From contig NC_068988.1 of the NCBI RefSeq assembly GCF_001194135.2, positions 47,624,594-47,688,593 on the forward strand: DNA of 64,000 nt. The letters run 5' to 3'. Positions 63,682 to 64,000 of this stretch are shown here, in pieces. The number at the start of each line of letters is the position of its first letter. Within the stretch, counting starts at the first letter, position 1. Under the pieces are notes generated by a model that was given only the letters and a program-made list of their open reading frames with translations, searched no databases and was not told where the DNA came from. The stretch is from Octopus bimaculoides. Its lineage: Eukaryota. The translations under genes were made by a program, and so were the position numbers.

Positions 63682-64000
63682 TTCAAAATTTTAAATTAAC
63701 GAGGCTGATTACTTGAAGGCACCACCCTCATGGAAAACAACAGTTAAGTTAGTGTTAACATATTTAATGTCGAAAGCATTGAAAAGGTGTTGAGAAAGAG
63801 TGACAGATATCGGGACAAATTATCCCCGGATAATCGCCTCTCGAACTGAATCACTAATTCAACTTACAACACTTTAACGTCAACGTACCTCACGACTTCA
63901 TTCTACACCACAACTTTAGTTCTTTGCTACCTCAACCTATACCATTACCACAACCTACACCACAGTATTCGACAATCTACCTACAACTTCAATTTACTTC

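Noticed and set aside
5116-63716. Long ORFs in the track containing X runs or YIYI/VCVC/HTHT/ERER/NNNN tracts
   Set aside because: They are produced by N gaps (5200-5662, 8867-9092, 18644-18667, 24030-24306, 27208-27882, 28767-28784, 33754-34237, 36758-37246, 45424-45467, 50658-50898, 59626-60553, 63520-63617) and microsatellites; they are not genes.

Overview
AT-rich, repeat-dominated animal genomic DNA from a gapped draft assembly, with 12 N-gaps, most flanked by microsatellites. The SINE families and microsatellite load match what I recall of octopus (coleoid cephalopod) genomes; this is an inference from memory, not a database result. I recognise no intact host protein-coding gene, and nearly all ORF-track entries are microsatellite or N artefacts. 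The window holds five SINE-like families (labelled A-E here), decayed R4/Dong-like RLE retrotransposons, L2/CR1-like and Penelope-like fragments, mariner and Tc1 remnants, several MITEs, and a full-length but frameshifted Chapaev3-like transposon nested in the terminal repeat of a Tc1/mariner element. The most interesting signals are: (1) a minimal Penelope-type hammerhead ribozyme motif inside an outward-facing inverted repeat at 10.86-11.17 kb; (2) a second, unrelated inverted repeat with the same geometry and a hammerhead-like core at 26.4-26.9 kb; (3) R4-like copies sitting in (TACA)n tracts; (4) SINE-A copies inserted at the same site in other SINE-A heads; (5) a perfect 128-bp palindrome at the window start. 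A few isolated exon candidates are low confidence. Repeat boundaries are approximate unless a TSD or TIR is quoted.
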